A stretch of 64,000 nt of DNA. Origin: Mobula birostris (Eukaryota). A program made the position numbers and the translations under genes. Numbering within the stretch: the first letter of the stretch is position 1; every line of letters begins with the position of its first letter. The notes beneath the pieces were generated by a model. That model searched no databases. It had not been told where the DNA came from and worked only from the letters and a program-made list of their open reading frames with translations. Positions 25,604-39,251 of the stretch are shown here, in pieces. The stretch covers positions 21,406,613 through 21,470,612 of the forward strand of contig NC_092392.1 of NCBI RefSeq assembly GCF_030028105.1, written 5' to 3'.

Positions 25604-26914
25604 GTACGATAACTGCGGCATGCAATTTCACTTTAGAGTTGTGGAAGAGATTGTCTTCCAAGTCATGGATTTAACCTTTGTGGCAGCTAATGTTCAGCTG
25701 AGTGTTTTTTGCAGGATTGCCAAGTACGTAGTATTTTGAGGGGCAGGGGACAAGGACAAATCTGTGGTTTTATTCACTGCAGGCTTTTCCCACTGAGGTT
25801 GAGTGAGACTAGAACTGAACGCCATAGGTTTGGGGTGAAAGGTGAAATATTGAAGGGGAGCCTGAGGACGAAGTCCTTTACTCAGGGTGGTACAAGTGTG
25901 GAACGAGCTGCAAGCAGAAGTGGTGGGTATGGGTTGGATTGCAATATTTAAGAGAATTTTGGATTAGTACATGGATGGGAGTGGTATGGGCTGCTATGTC
26001 CAGGTGCAGGTCAATAGGACTAGTCAGAATAACAATTCGGCATGGACTAGATGAGCTAAAAGGCCCCTTTCTGTGCTGCTGTGCTTCTTGATTAAGCAGT
26101 AAACCCAAAACGCTGGTGGAACTCAGCAAGTTGACAACATCTATGGAGATGAACAAATGGTCAACTTTTTCAGGCTGGGACTCTTCATCAGAACTGGAAA
26201 GGAAGGGGGAAGAAGCCAGATTCTATTATGCCTTTTTGCTGTCAGAGCTAAAATAAATTGGTTTGCTAATGTAACATCTTAAATAATTTCATTAATTTGA
26301 AAGCGACTATTAATTTCTCGTTAGTCCAATAGGGAAGGGGTAGATTATATAAGCGGTTAATTATAGGCCATTCTTTGTCATAGCAGGTTTTCTTTACTGA
26401 GAACTGTTCACAACTCAGACGGTTCACATTGGAAATCCAGTTGCCTGGCAATATATTTAAACAAAAACATGGACAAGCCAAGGCCAAAATGTAGTTAAAC
26501 TGGGGTGTCTAGCTCAACTATTCAGACATTGCCGCAAATTGAATTTCCACATGACAGAAGATACCTGCAGCAGCTGGCAAATCCATCCCCCAAGTCTCCC
26601 AAACAGGTGATTATAACTTGGGCAGCTCCTATAAACAGTGACTTGTAACACAAATGAAGTTCTTTTGCTACACAATCCAGTCTGCATCATTTGAGACATT
26701 CTCACTCCCTTTTTTGTGATTTCTAGCACATTTCATGCTCCAAGTATGTTGCTTTATTTTAATATTATATAACAGATCTGAATAAAGCAGAGATATCAAG
26801 CATGCTGGCACAATCAGGAAACTAGCAGTCAAATGGGCAAAGATGTTTTGGATAATAGTCCTATTCATTTAAAACATTCTCCCAAACCTACTCACATTAA
26901 GTGCAGTCAAAAGT

Positions 26915-27085
26915 GTTGTTGCTCTCCATGCCTTTGTGGCAAATCAGGCAGCAAACTTAGCATTTGACTGTTTTTTTCGAGGCCATTGCTTGCTCAACGC
27001 TTAACCCAGCACGGATGGAAAGCTTGCAAGGAGCCGGCCAGATTTGAACCCGGGACCACTCATCTCAAAGTACGGCATGAATGTA
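26915..27085 (-). mobile_element. SINE of the same family as 35697-35961
   Basis: Minus-strand B box ggttcaaatc, then ccatccgtgctgggttaagcgttgagcaagcaa. Confidence 0.6.
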
Positions 27086-27223
27086 GGTGGGATCCATGTC
27101 ACAGAAAGCAAGCAGGAAAAGATTCTGCTACTAAGAGTGAACAAAGCACTAGGGTAGCAATGTGAGACGAACATGTGATTGAATGGATTGTTATCTAGTA
27201 GGATGTGGCTATTACATAGGCAG

Positions 27224-27420
27224 TGCTTGGTGTTCATCCTTAATTGCCCTTGAGAAGGATGTGGTGACAGCTGAATGGGTTGCTCAGCCATTTCAGAGGG
27301 CAACTAAATGTCAACCAGGTAAAGGCTGGGCAGAAAAGCTAACAGATTTCCACCTCTAAGAGCATCATTGAGAAGTGTAGTATTCCAGATGCCATTCCAT
27401 TGGGACTAGTGTCATTGTAA
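27224..27420 (-). mobile_element. Old Deu-domain-type SINE fragment (related copy ~21700-21930 on plus)
   Basis: ccttaattgcccttgagaagg...ccatttcagagggcaac motif; family assignment is from memory. Confidence 0.45.
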
Positions 27421-27855
27421 GTGGTTTGGGAGTTATTGAAGGACGTTCAGAGCATTGAAACTGATGATCAAACAAAGTTAAAGATAGTAATTTATATTCA
27501 TCCTGGCTGGATTTTTTTTTATTTAAGTATGCGTCTCAGTCTTGGTAAGCTAATCACCTTGGAGCATTGAGAGATTTGTTTTGTGGCATGTATATGCATC
27601 TTGAGAAATACCTTGTAGCTGTGCGTGCTTGCTGTTTCTCTTACTACAGGTCTTGAAACTGGAGTCTACGGCTGGCATTTCCTCAGCTTTCCCAATGTCT
27701 GATTTTTTTCCATTATAGAGCAATTTATAGGATCTTATTGGCTTGCAAGCTTGGTGTTTTAAATAATTGATGTTATCACCAAAAACAATTTACAACTGTT
27801 TTTATACAGCACTGCATAGATGCAACCTTTTAATGTTTGCTCTGTTTCTCCCAAG

Positions 27856-28060
27856 CTCTGTATGAGAAAGCAGAAATTCAACCCCCTGAAAACCAAGCTA
27901 GACACCTGATTATTGGAGTATCCTCTGACCGTGGTCTATGTGGTGGGATCCACAGTAACATTGCTAAAAACATAAGGAATCAAATACAGGAATTGACTTC
28001 TGCAGGTAAAGAGATCAAGGTCGCTACTATTGGAGAAAAGCTAAGAGCACTGCTGTATAG
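27856..28060 (+). CDS. ATP5F1C: ATP5F1C exon 4 (205 bp; LYEKAEI...HLIIGVSSDRGLCGGIHS...LRALLYR)
   Basis: ORF 27837..28064; SSDRGLCG motif; ctcccaag acceptor, gtaagt donor. Confidence 0.97.
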
Positions 28061-28189
28061 GTAAGTATATCGTGGCTTTCTGAAAATACATCCTTGAAAA
28101 ATATGAAGTTCATAGTGTTTTAGCCAAAAGCACATTATGCTGGTCTTTTGGTATAAATGTTTATTAAATTTGATTTCCTGGTGATGTTC

Positions 28190-29706
28190 CGTGCTTTGTA
28201 GAACAATCTATGTTCCGTGCCTATTCTGGTATCTGTCCCCCACTTTTCCTTCGCTACATCGACGACTGCATTGGCGCTGCTTCCTGCACGCATGCAGAGC
28301 TCGTTGACTTTATTAACTTTGCCTCCAACTTTCACCCTGCCCTCAAGTTTACCTGGTCCATTTCCGACACCTCCTTCCCCTTTCTAGATCTTTCTGTCTC
28401 TGTCTCTGGAGACAGCTTATCCACTGATGTCTACTATAAGCCTACTGATTCTCACAGCTATCTGGACTATTCCTCTTCTCACCCTGTCTCTTGCAAAAAC
28501 GCCATCCCCTTCTCGCAATTCCTCCGTCTCCGCCGCATCTGCTCTCAGGATGAGGCTTTTCATTCTAGGACAAGGGAGATGCCTTCCTTTTTTAAAGAAA
28601 GGCGCTTCCCTTCCTCCACTATCAACTCAGCTCTTAAACGCATCTCCCCCATTTCACGTACATCTGCTCTCACTCCATCCTCCTGCCACCCCACTAGGAA
28701 TAGGGTTCCCCTGGTCCTCACTTACCACCCCACCAGCCTCCGGGTCCAACATATTATTCTCCGTAACTTCCGCCACCTCCAACGGGATCCCACCACTAAG
28801 CACATCTTTCCCTCCCCCCTCCCCCCTGCATTCCGCAGGGATAGCTCCCTACGCAACTCCCTTGTCCATTTGTCCCCCCCGGTCCCTCCCCACTGATCTC
28901 CCTCCTGGCACTTATCCGTGTAAGCGGAACAAGTGCTACACATGCCCTTACACTTCCTCCCTTACCACCATTCAGGGCCCCAAACAGTCCTTCTAGGTGA
29001 GGCAACGCTTCACCTGTGAGTCAGCTGGGGTGATATACTGCGTCTGGTGCTCCCGATGTGGCCTTTTATATATTGGCGAGACCCGACGCAGACTGGGAGA
29101 CCGCTTTGCTGAACACCTATGCTCTGTCCGCCAGAGAAAGCAGGATCTCCCAGTGGCCACACATTTTAATTCCACATCCCATTCCCATTCTGACATGTCT
29201 ATCTACGGCCTCCTCTACTGTAAAGATGAAGCCACACTCAGGTTGGAGGAACAACACCTTATATTCCGTCTGGGTAGCCTCCAACCTGATGGCATGAACA
29301 TTGACTTCTCTAACTTCTGCTAATGCCCCACCTCCCCCCCCGTACCCCATCTGTTACTTATTTTTATGCACACATTCTTTCTCTCACTCTCCTTTTTCTC
29401 CCTCTGTCCCTCTGAATATACCCCTTGCCCATCCTCTGGGCCCCCCCCCCGTCTTTTTTCCCGGACCTCCTGTCCCATGATCCTCTCGTATCCCTTTTGC
29501 CTATCACCTGTCCAGCTCTTGGCTCCATCCCTCCCCCTCCTGTCTTCTCCCATCATTTTGGATCTCCCCCTCCCCCTCCAACTTTCAAATCCCTTACTCA
29601 CTCTTCCTTCAGTTAGTCCTGATGAAGGGTCTCAGCCTGAAACGACGACTGTACCTACAGATGCTGCCTGACCTGCTGCGTTCACCAGCAACTTTTATGT
29701 GTGTTG
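28190..29706 (+). mobile_element. Penelope-like element, 5'-truncated (RT C-half, CKRNKCYTC linker, GIY-YIG, 3' UTR with hammerhead)
   Basis: ORFs 28210..28896 (RYIDD), 28427..28996 and 28997..29323 (VIYCVWC...LYIGETRRRLGDRFAEH); one frameshift and one stop. Confidence 0.94.
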
Positions 29707-30518
29707 TTTTAGTAGAGGTGTTAGTTTATCATCTTAAGTGCTTTACTGCACTCTTTAACAAAGTAACAAAATGTGAATAATTTAAATAATTATTTTCCAG
29801 AGTATCACTTTAAGACCTGTGTAACATTTCTTTGACTTTGCCCTGATATGCAGTGCAGAAACAGGATCTTCAGCCCAACTGATTGATGTCAATCAAGGTG
29901 CCAACCTGAGCTAGACCCATTTGTCTGCATTTGGCTCATGCAAATTCCTGTGCTGGACGGATATTACTTGTTGGATGAATATTCAGTACATTACACTCCC
30001 CAAATTTAAACTGAAAATTGAGTATTCATATTTTCAGAGTGAAGAATTGGGACGATCCTTAAGATTTCTTACAAAACATTAATTATATATTTGAATTGGC
30101 ATTGTTGTTATTGAAACAAACAACTATCTGCAAAATAATTTTGAGTTCATTCACTCTTATTTTTAAGGTACAGTTCCACTGATTTATAGCAGTAACAATC
30201 TTCAATTACAATAGGCTAAAGGTTTATGGAAGTTGTAAAACCAAATTCAAAAAGTACTGAGAAGTTAGCATATAATTGTACGATAAATACAAGATGCCAG
30301 ACTTTTAACCTTTTGCGTCCACCTGGCTTCACCTATTACCTTCCAGCTCATCCTCCTTTCTCGCCCCCCCCACCTTTTCATTCTGCTGCCTGCTTCCTTC
30401 CTTTCCAGTTCTGAAGAAAGGTCTTGGCCCAAAACATTGACTGTTTATTAATTTCCATCGATACTGTCTGACCTGCTGAGTTCTGTGTGTGTGACCTGGA
30501 TTTTGTTTTAAATTGCAG

Positions 30519-30662
30519 AAATTATGGAGGTAATATCCTGTTGATGTTTAAGGAGGTGGGCCGGAAACCACCGACATTTGGTGATGCTTCATTCATTGCC
30601 ACTGAGCTCCTCAACTCGGGCTTTGAGTTTGATAAAGGTTCTATTATCTTCAACAGATTTAA
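30519..30662 (+). CDS. ATP5F1C: ATP5F1C exon 5 (144 bp; [47 protein letters not shown])
   Basis: Translated by hand; ttgcag acceptor, gtaagt donor; [13 protein letters not shown] motif. Confidence 0.96.
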
Positions 30663-31866
30663 GTAAGTTTGTCAGAATGAACGTATTAATGCTGTTTTAA
30701 AATTTCTGCGTCAAAACCTGTACCTTGCTTGTCCCCATCCAACACAGTTACCATGCCTCATGGCATTGTTGAAGTGTTGTTATTATCCAAAACTGTCTCC
30801 TTTATTAAACTTGCCATTGCCATCACTCCTGTTTACCTACTCCAATTGCTGCTGTAAATTTTGTGTGGTACTAGTTCTTATGGTCCATATCTTATAAGAC
30901 ATAGGAGCAGAAGTAGGCCATCGAGCCCATCCAGTCTGCTCCACCATTATGTCCTTACTTTCATTTTCATTTCCTCCATACGGACTTTTGCCTTGATTAT
31001 CATTACAAAATAAATTTCTATTTTAACAGTAACAGTATAGTGCCCTAATTCCATTGACTGAACGTAGAACAATACAGAACAGAGGCAGGCTATTTGGCCT
31101 GCAATGTTTTGCCAAACTAGATAAAAAGCAAATCAGAAACAACCAGACAGTAATCCCTCCTACCTACACCATGTCCATATCCCTCCATCTTCCTCACATC
31201 CATGCCTATCTAAACGTCTGTTAAGCCTCTAATATATTTGCCTCTACCTCCATACCAGGCAGCGCATTCCAGGCATCTATGACACAGAGTAAAAAAACTT
31301 GTCTCTCACATCCCCCTTGAACCTATTCCCTTTCACCTTCAATGCATGCCCTCTGGTATTAGGTATTTCAATCCTGGGAAACAGCTCCTCTCTGTCCACT
31401 CTATCTATGCCTTTCATAATCTTGTAGACCTCTAGCAGTAGTAGCACTGCCTCAACATCTATCATCAAAGATCCCCACCTCTCTAGACATTCAAGGTACT
31501 CTCATCTTTCCATCCCCATTCTTCCTTCTAACAGGAACATGCCTTTCCTATACTCTGTGCCATTGATCTTTAAACACCCTCTACACGTCTGATGTGGACT
31601 TACCAGAGTAAAGTTGTTCCCAATTAAAACTTCATTGTTCCTACCTAATGCCTGCGTAATTTGGCCTACTCCAATTTAAAACTCTTCCTACGAGGATCAT
31701 ACCTGCCCTTGTCTCTAGCTATCCTGAAAGTTAAGGAGTTGTGGTCATTGTCGCATAACTGTTTATCCACTGAAAAGTCAGTCATCTGGCCAGGCTCATT
31801 ACCCAACACCAGGTCCAGTATGACTCCTCCTCGCACTAGGCTGTCCATATATTGATTTAAGAAATG

Positions 31867-33862
31867 CTATAACCTTATAACAATTACAGCACGGAAACAG
31901 GCCATCTCGGCCCTTCTAGTCCGTGCCGAACGCTTACTCTCACCTAGTCCCACCGGCCTGCACTCAGCCCATAACCCTCCATTCCTTTCCTGTCCATATA
32001 CCTATCCAATTTTTCTTTAAATGATGATATCGAACCTGCCTCTACCACTTCTACTGGAAGCTTGTTCCACACAGCCACAGCTCTCTGAGTAAAGAAGTTC
32101 CCCCTCGTGTTATCCCTAAACTTTTGCCCCCTAGCTCTCAACTCATGTCTTCTTGTTTGAATCTCCCCTACTCTCAATGGAAAAATGCCTATCCACGTCA
32201 ACTCTATCTATCCCCCTCATAATTTTAAATACCTCTATCAAGTCCCCCTTCAACCTTCTACGCTCCAAAGAATAAAGACGTAACTTGGTCAACCTTTCTT
32301 TGTAACTAAGTTGCTGAAACCCAGGTAACATTCTAGTAAATCTTCTCTGTACTGTCTCTATATTATTGACATCTTTCCTATAATTCGGTGACCAGAACTG
32401 TACACAATACTCCAGATTGGGCCTTACCAATGCCTTGTACAATTTTAACATTACATCCCAACTCCTATACTCAATGCTCTGATTTATAAAGGCCAGTATA
32501 CCAAAAGCTTTCTTCACCACCCTATCCACATGAGATTCCGCCTTCAGGGAACTATGCACCATTATTCCTAGATCACTCTGTTCTACTGCATTCTTCAATG
32601 CCCAACCAGTTACCATGTACGTCCTATTTTGATTAGTCCTACCAAAATGTAGCACCTCACCTTAGCATTAAACTCCTTCTGCCATCTTTCAGCCCACTCT
32701 TCTAACTGGTCTAAATCTCTCTGCAAGCTTTGAAAACCTGCTTCATTATCCACAATGCCACCTATCTTAGTATCATCTGCATACTTACTAATCCAATTTA
32801 CCACCCCATCATCCAGATCATTAATGTCTAGGACAAACAACGTTGGACCCAGTACAGATCCCTAAGGCACACCGCTAGTCACCGGCCTCCAACCTGACAA
32901 ACAGTTATCCACCACTACTGTCTGGTATCTCCCATCCAGCCACTGTTGAATCCATTTTACTACTTCGATATTAATACCTAACGATTGAACCTTCCTAAAT
33001 AACCTTCCATGTGGAACCTTGTCAAAGGCCTTACTGAAGTCCATATAGACAACATCCACTGCTTTACCCTTGTCAACTTTCCTAGTAACCTCTTCAAAAA
33101 ATTCAATAAGATTTGTCAAACATGACCTTCCACGCACACATCCATGTTGACTGTTCCTAATCAGACCCTGTCTATCCAGATAATTATATATACCATCTCT
33201 AAGAATACTTTCCATTAACTTACCCACCACTGATGTCAAACTTACAGGCCGATAATTGCTAGGTTTACTCTTAGAACCCTTTTTAAACAACAGAACAACA
33301 TGAGCAATACGCCAGTCCTCCGGCACCTTTTCTAAAGACATTTGAAATATTTCTGTCAGAGCCCGACTTCCCTCAGGGTCCTAGGGAATATCCTGTCAGG
33401 ACCCGGAGACTTATCCACTTTTATGTTCCTTAAAAGCGCCAGTACTTCCTCTTCTTTAATCATCATAGTTTCCATAACTTCCCTACTTGTTTCCCTTACC
33501 TTACACAATTCAATATCCTTCTCCTTAGTGAATATCGAAGTATTGTTCAAAATCTCCCCCATCTCCTTTGGCTCCACACATAGCTGTCCACTCTGATTCT
33601 CTAAGGGACCAATTTTATCCCTTACTATCCTTTTGCTAATAATATAACTGTAGAAACCCTTTTAATTTATTTTCACCTTACTTGCCAAAGCAACTTCGTA
33701 TCTTCTTTTAGCTTTTCTAATTTCTTTCTTAAGATTCTTTTTACATTCTTTATATTCCTCGAGCACCTCATTTACTCCATGCTGCCTATATTTATTGTTG
33801 ATATCTCTCTTTTTCCGAACCAAGTTTTCAATATCCCTTGAAAACCATGGCTCTCTCAAACT
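31867..33862 (-). mobile_element. Relatively young CR1 LINE (RT and C-terminus) nested in older CR1 fragments (~31060-31865, ~33930-34520)
   Basis: ORFs 33662-33859, 33356-33577, 32862-33341, 32610-32840 (SKYADDTK), 32143-32655 and 31944-32201. Confidence 0.92.
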
Positions 33863-35371
33863 CCAGAGTTACAGAATACACTTAACAAAATCATGTTTTT
33901 ATTTTTAATTCTCCTTGCATTCTCATTAAAGGTCCCAGTTTATGTTAGGGAAGTTGAAATACCCCCATGACAACAGCCCTATTATTTTTGCACATTTCCT
34001 TAATCTGATTACATATCTGTTTCTCAAATGTCCCCGTGGCTCTGTAGTACAATCCCCTCTGTGTGTTTGCACCTTTCCTGTTCCTGAGTTCCATCCAAAT
34101 GGATTCCGACCCCTTTATTATGTCTCTCCTAAGTGCAGCTGTGATATTATATCTGATTATGATTACTAGTAACCTCTTCCCACCCCCACTACCATCTCCT
34201 ATCTTTTCTAAAACTTCTAAGATCAGAGGACACAGCCTTTTGGAATGTTAGAATGGAGATGAGAAGGAATTTCTTTAGCCAGAGAGTAGTGACTCTGTAG
34301 AATTCATTGCCACAGGCATCTGTGGAGGCCAAGTCTTTATGTATACTTAAGGCAGAGGCTGATAGATTCTTGATTGATCAGGGCAAGAAGGGATACGGGG
34401 AGTGGCGGGGGGAAAGCCTGGAGATTGGGGCTGAGACAAAAAATGGATCAGCCATGATGAAATGGCAGTAGAGACTCAATCGGTCAAATGGCCTAATTCT
34501 GCTCCTGTATCATATGGTCTAATCGAAAACCTGGTGCATTCCTGCCCCTCTCTCAACCAAGTTTCAGACTGCTTTTGTGAAATTTTACTTTATTGTAACT
34601 CAATGCAGGTATCCAATTAGCTTCATAATCACTATTATAACTCTCCAAGGACTTGCCTTACTGATAACATTTGCAGGCACATGGCTTGCTTCAAGTGTAT
34701 TCAAGAAAAATTCTAACTCACTGTCACCTTCAGCATCTGAGCAATGTGATAATTGGTTTACAGCTACCGAGTTACAGTGAAAATCATTTGTTTTTGCATG
34801 CTGGCCATTCAGATCATTTCACTAGTAGAAGGGTAAAGCAGTAACAGAAACTAGTACATTCCAGTCTTGATGAAAGGTCTTGGCCCGAAACGTGGACTGC
34901 TTACCCTTCCGTAGAAGCTGCCTGGTCTGCTGAGTTCCTTCAGCATTTTGTGTGTGTCATTTTGGATTTCCAGCATCCACAGAATTTCTCATGTTTGTGG
35001 AACAGAAACTGATGTTACAGCTACAGAGAAAGTGCAGTGCAGGCTTGACAAAGTAGGTTGTGAGGTCAAGAATCAATCTTATCATATATGGGGTCCATCA
35101 TATTGTACAAGATGTCTGAATGTAAAACAAAAACATTCAGCTTTAACAAGAGAAAGCATTAACATGAAAACAACATGAGGTTACTCATTCTTACCTAATG
35201 TACTATTCAAAACTGACTCGTAAGACAAACTATTGTGTTGACATTGGCCATTGAACTTTTACTTGCTTTCAGGAACAGGCAATGTCAATGCGCTTAGCTA
35301 AGCAATCCTCTAAAGATTGCCCATGATCCTTACCTTGAATACTGTCACAATTGAATTATATTTATTTTTAG

Positions 35372-35436
35372 ATCTGTGATTGCATACAAGACTGAGGAAC
35401 AACCAGTGTTTTCCTTCGATGCCCTGACAGGTTCTG
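35372..35436 (+). CDS. ATP5F1C: ATP5F1C exon 6 (65 bp; SVIAYKTEEQPVFSFDALTGS)
   Basis: tttttag acceptor, gtgagt donor; phase consistent. Confidence 0.94.
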
Positions 35437-35696
35437 GTGAGTAAATATGCTGCCTGCAAGATAATTAAATGAATTTACTGTTACAAGTTTATAAAAATAA
35501 TTGAGGAGAGAAAAAGCATGATATCTCAATTTGTACTGAATAAAAAGTCATAGAGTACAGAACATTACTGCACGGAACAGTCGCCACAGTGTAGGATCTT
35601 TTACCCTACTTTAAGCTCAATCTAACCGTTCTCTCCATTTTTCTATCATCATGTGCCTTTCTAATAGTTTTTTAAGTAATACTCATGTGGTATTTG

Positions 35697-35961
35697 GGTT
35701 GGCTGGTGGCGTAGTGAGATCAGCGCCGGGCTCGAGAATGGAGGTTTCCGAGTTTGATCTAGTGACAGACCGCCCCCGTGCGCACTCGCCATCCGCGCCG
35801 AGTTGACGTCAAGCTCGCAACTCGGCCTTGTAAAATAGCACTGCAAAATGTCTGTGCGAGGAGTGGCGCTCCATACAGCCTTTAGAACTGCGCCTTGCAA
35901 GGCATGAAAATGCCCGACGCTGGCCTCTCAGGTCTGAGTCGACGTCATTGTCATCATCATG
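35697..35961 (+). mobile_element. CpG-rich tRNA-derived SINE with (TCA)n tail
   Basis: A box tggcgtagtg, B-box-like gagtttgatc; imperfect TSD atgtg(g)tatttg. Confidence 0.75.
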
Positions 35962-37099
35962 ATGTGTATTTGCCTCTTTTACTTCCCCTGGCAGGGCATT
36001 CCACACACCCATCCCTCTGTGTAATGAACTTAACCATGAAATCCCCCATACCTTAAGAAATTATTTCCCCTTGTATGAGACATTTTCAACCTGGCAAAAA
36101 GTCTCTAGCTATCCACTTGATCTATACCTAGCCATTTGAGTTTCATATTTATTACTTTTGTGCAAATTTGTGGGTAGATTCTGTTGACAAAGCATGTACC
36201 ACTCTTCCTATTTAAATTTCAAACTGTTCAGGTCCTGTGTCTCCCATTCTGAATCTGATTTGTGCTGTGTGACTCAGCTTACAGCGAGTAGGTGCACATT
36301 TATTCCTTTGATTGGTGGAGGCTGACAGGGTGACACCCGTAACAAGTGGTCTGTTCATAGGAATTCTAGAATTGTCGAGTATTAGAAGAATCGGTAAATA
36401 TCTATTAGGCTCCTCATTGGGTGATTGATAATATGTTGGAAATCATAATCTTTTCTGATCCTGTGTACTAAGTTGAGATCCCATTAAAAATTGTTGAAAT
36501 ACTGGGTTATCATCGAGGCCCAAGGAAGCACAGGCTATACGCTATTAAGAGAGCTAGTCACTCTTTCATGAATCTTCCATGCACCAAGTTTCTTGATGCC
36601 GAATGCAAGATGCAATTCTTTTGAATGTCTTTCACAATTTGGAGAAAGTTTACTTTTTATGATAAATAATGAGCAGTTCATTTGGTAATTATTTCCTTTA
36701 AATTTATTAATTATGAATTATGTATGTTTATGCATAGTGGAATTGATTTCTGAATTTCATAATAAAAAGTATTTACAATAATTAACCATATAATGCCTTT
36801 TTATTCTTGCATTTATAGCAGTGCATTTCATGTTAAATTACATTATTTAAATCAATAACAATGTGTCCCCCTGAGGTGGTACATTACTACAACAAATGAG
36901 GGGCGTCCTCACCCAGCCATGACAAACACATGATCATAAAGCCTAAATGTGTTTAATTATACTTACATTTTGTGTGTTGGGATATATATATAACGCAAAA
37001 TGTGGAATATGGTGCAATTTTTTTCGGATGATCAAGTTATTTTACTTGTACACAGCGGAAGTAATCTGGCTATTAACCATATGTTAATTTTATTTCTAG

Positions 37100-37255
37100 A
37101 GAACATGAGCGTTTATGATGACATTGATGCTGACGTTCTGCGGAACTACCAAGAGTTCTCTCTGGTGAACATCATCTACTTTGGGTTAAAGGAGTCTACT
37201 ACAAGTGAGCAGAGTGCCAGGATGACTGCCATGGATAGTGCCAGCAAGAATGCCG
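37100..37255 (+). CDS. ATP5F1C: ATP5F1C exon 7 (156 bp; [19 protein letters not shown]...[21 protein letters not shown])
   Basis: ORF 37000..37278; ttctag acceptor, gtaagg donor. Confidence 0.97.
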
Positions 37256-38029
37256 GTAAGGAACTTGCATCAATTTAGATGATCGTTTAGTTTAACATAT
37301 TTATCTACTGAAAAGATGAGGTGTTATGGTAAATGAAGATTCATTTTCCGGGTACCCCGTGCGCAACAAATTAACCGTTCTGGACAGGTGACATAAGGAG
37401 CATTACAATTCATCCTGAGGTTCCTGGATTTAAAAAGAAACAAGTTGTCCTTTTTGATTCAATAATTTGTGAACATTCAGAGAGGTCATGGGTTAGGGTG
37501 GGACACGATTGAATAGTGATTTGTGCTCTCTGAATGCCTGCATGACCTGCGTATGACACAATAAAGCAGGCAGTGCCAAAACGTACATATCCAAGAAAAA
37601 AAGAATCTGTACCTTCAGAAGCATTGAAAGTTACTTTTGATGAGGAGAGAGATTATCTTTCTGACCTTGCCATGTTCATACTGTTTCGTGACAAGAAAAA
37701 CTTGGGATATCCCTCAGTAGATTGGAGTTTCTGAAGAAGCAAGTTGGAGGGAGGATGCATCTAGTCTTTCATCTCATGGTTGTTTGGATTGCTTTTCTTT
37801 TGTTCCAGATGTTGACTGTATTGTGTTAAGGTAGATATTCATTTTGTTTCTAAACTTTTCTAAATTGTGCATTTAAATTTGAGAAGCCCCTGTCAGGGTA
37901 ATATCATCAGTCCAAAATATTCCTGTACTACTTATTCTCATTGGGCATCTCTAACTGCTTCCAAGCATTGTTGTCCAATGCAATCCTGCATCTATGTTCA
38001 GCATTGTATTCACTCTTTAATACCAGAGT

Positions 38030-38323
38030 GCCATGGTAGTGTAGCGGTTAGTGCAACGCAATTACAGCTCAGGACATCGGAATTTCAAGTTCAGTCCCAG
38101 CATTCTTGGTAAGGAGTCTGTATATCCTCTCCATGGAATGCATGGGTTTTCTCTGGAAGCTCCGGTTTCCTCCCACAGTCCAAAGATGTACCGGTTAGTA
38201 GGTTAATTGGTCATTGTAAATTGTTCTGTGATTAGGTTGGATTTAATGGGGGGGGGGAGGGTTGTTGGGCGTCACGATTCGAAGGGCCTATTCAATGTTG
38301 TAGCTCTAAATAAATAAATAAAT
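38030..38323 (+). mobile_element. V-SINE (HE1-like) with (TAAA)n tail
   Basis: A box tggtagtgtagcgg; V-domain gctccggtttcctcccacagtccaaaga...ttaattgg. Confidence 0.8.
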
Positions 38324-38764
38324 ATGCATGATGTTATATTTCAAAATAGGCTGGTTCAGCTGTAAAAACTCTGGTACCCTGGGTTATATTGTTCTCTCTT
38401 GACCCCACCTTACTATACAATTATTCTCCTCCACATGCCTTGCCTCTAATTCTGAGTAGAGAAGAGGTACTTGCCACCAGGATGGGAAACTTGGAGGAGT
38501 GAAAAGCCATCTATTCAACTCTTAGAACCCTTGCACTTTTAATCTGCCTCACCGCATTTACGCAGCAGTTTAATCTGGCATTTTATGTATCTCCTTGTCC
38601 TGCAGTTTGGATAAGATGTGTTTGCAATTGACCATTTATCTCAAATGTTGACTTTCCAGATGGGAGCAATGTTTGAACAGATTTAATGTGAAAGCAAATA
38701 GTTTCAGGTAACTTGGCGCTGTTGGTTGATAAGTGTTTTTTTAATATAAAATGCAGAATATAAG

Positions 38765-39050
38765 GCAGCATGTAGCAGATGGTACATTGCTTTTCAGTGC
38801 CAGCAATCACCAATCAGGGTTCAAATTCATGCTAATGCTTGTAAGGCGTTTGTACGGTCAGCCCATGATCCCATGAAACACATTCTAAAGTGTACACTTA
38901 GGGTTAGTAAGTTGTGGGCATGCTATGTTGTCACTGGAAGTATGACAACACTTGTAGGCTATCTGCACAATCCTCCCCGATTTGACTTGACGTCAATGAT
39001 ACATTTCACTGTATGTTTCAATGTACATGTGACAAAGCTAATCTTTTAAT
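38765..39050 (+). mobile_element. Degenerate SINE related to 24690-25075
   Basis: agggttcaaattc and ttgtgggcatgctatgttg shared with the 24.7-kb copy. Confidence 0.6.
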
Positions 39051-39154
39051 TTTATCTTTGAATACTATTTACTGTAAGAAAGCAGAGTTCCAAATGTTGG
39101 ACAAAGAAATGATAAAGGTATAAAGGAAATAATGTGACCTGTTGTTGAATTTAG

Positions 39155-39251
39155 CTGAAATCATTGACAAGCTGACGTTGACGTACAACCGCACTCGCCA
39201 GGCTGTCATTACCAAGGAACTTATTGAGATTATCTCTGGTGCTGCTGCTCT
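39155..39251 (+). CDS. ATP5F1C: ATP5F1C exon 8 (97 bp; [32 protein letters not shown])
   Basis: atttag acceptor, gtaagt donor; C-terminal gamma signature [16 protein letters not shown]. Confidence 0.97.

Noticed and set aside
35697-35770. tRNA gene
   Set aside because: Only a SINE head with A/B boxes; no cloverleaf or acceptor stem.
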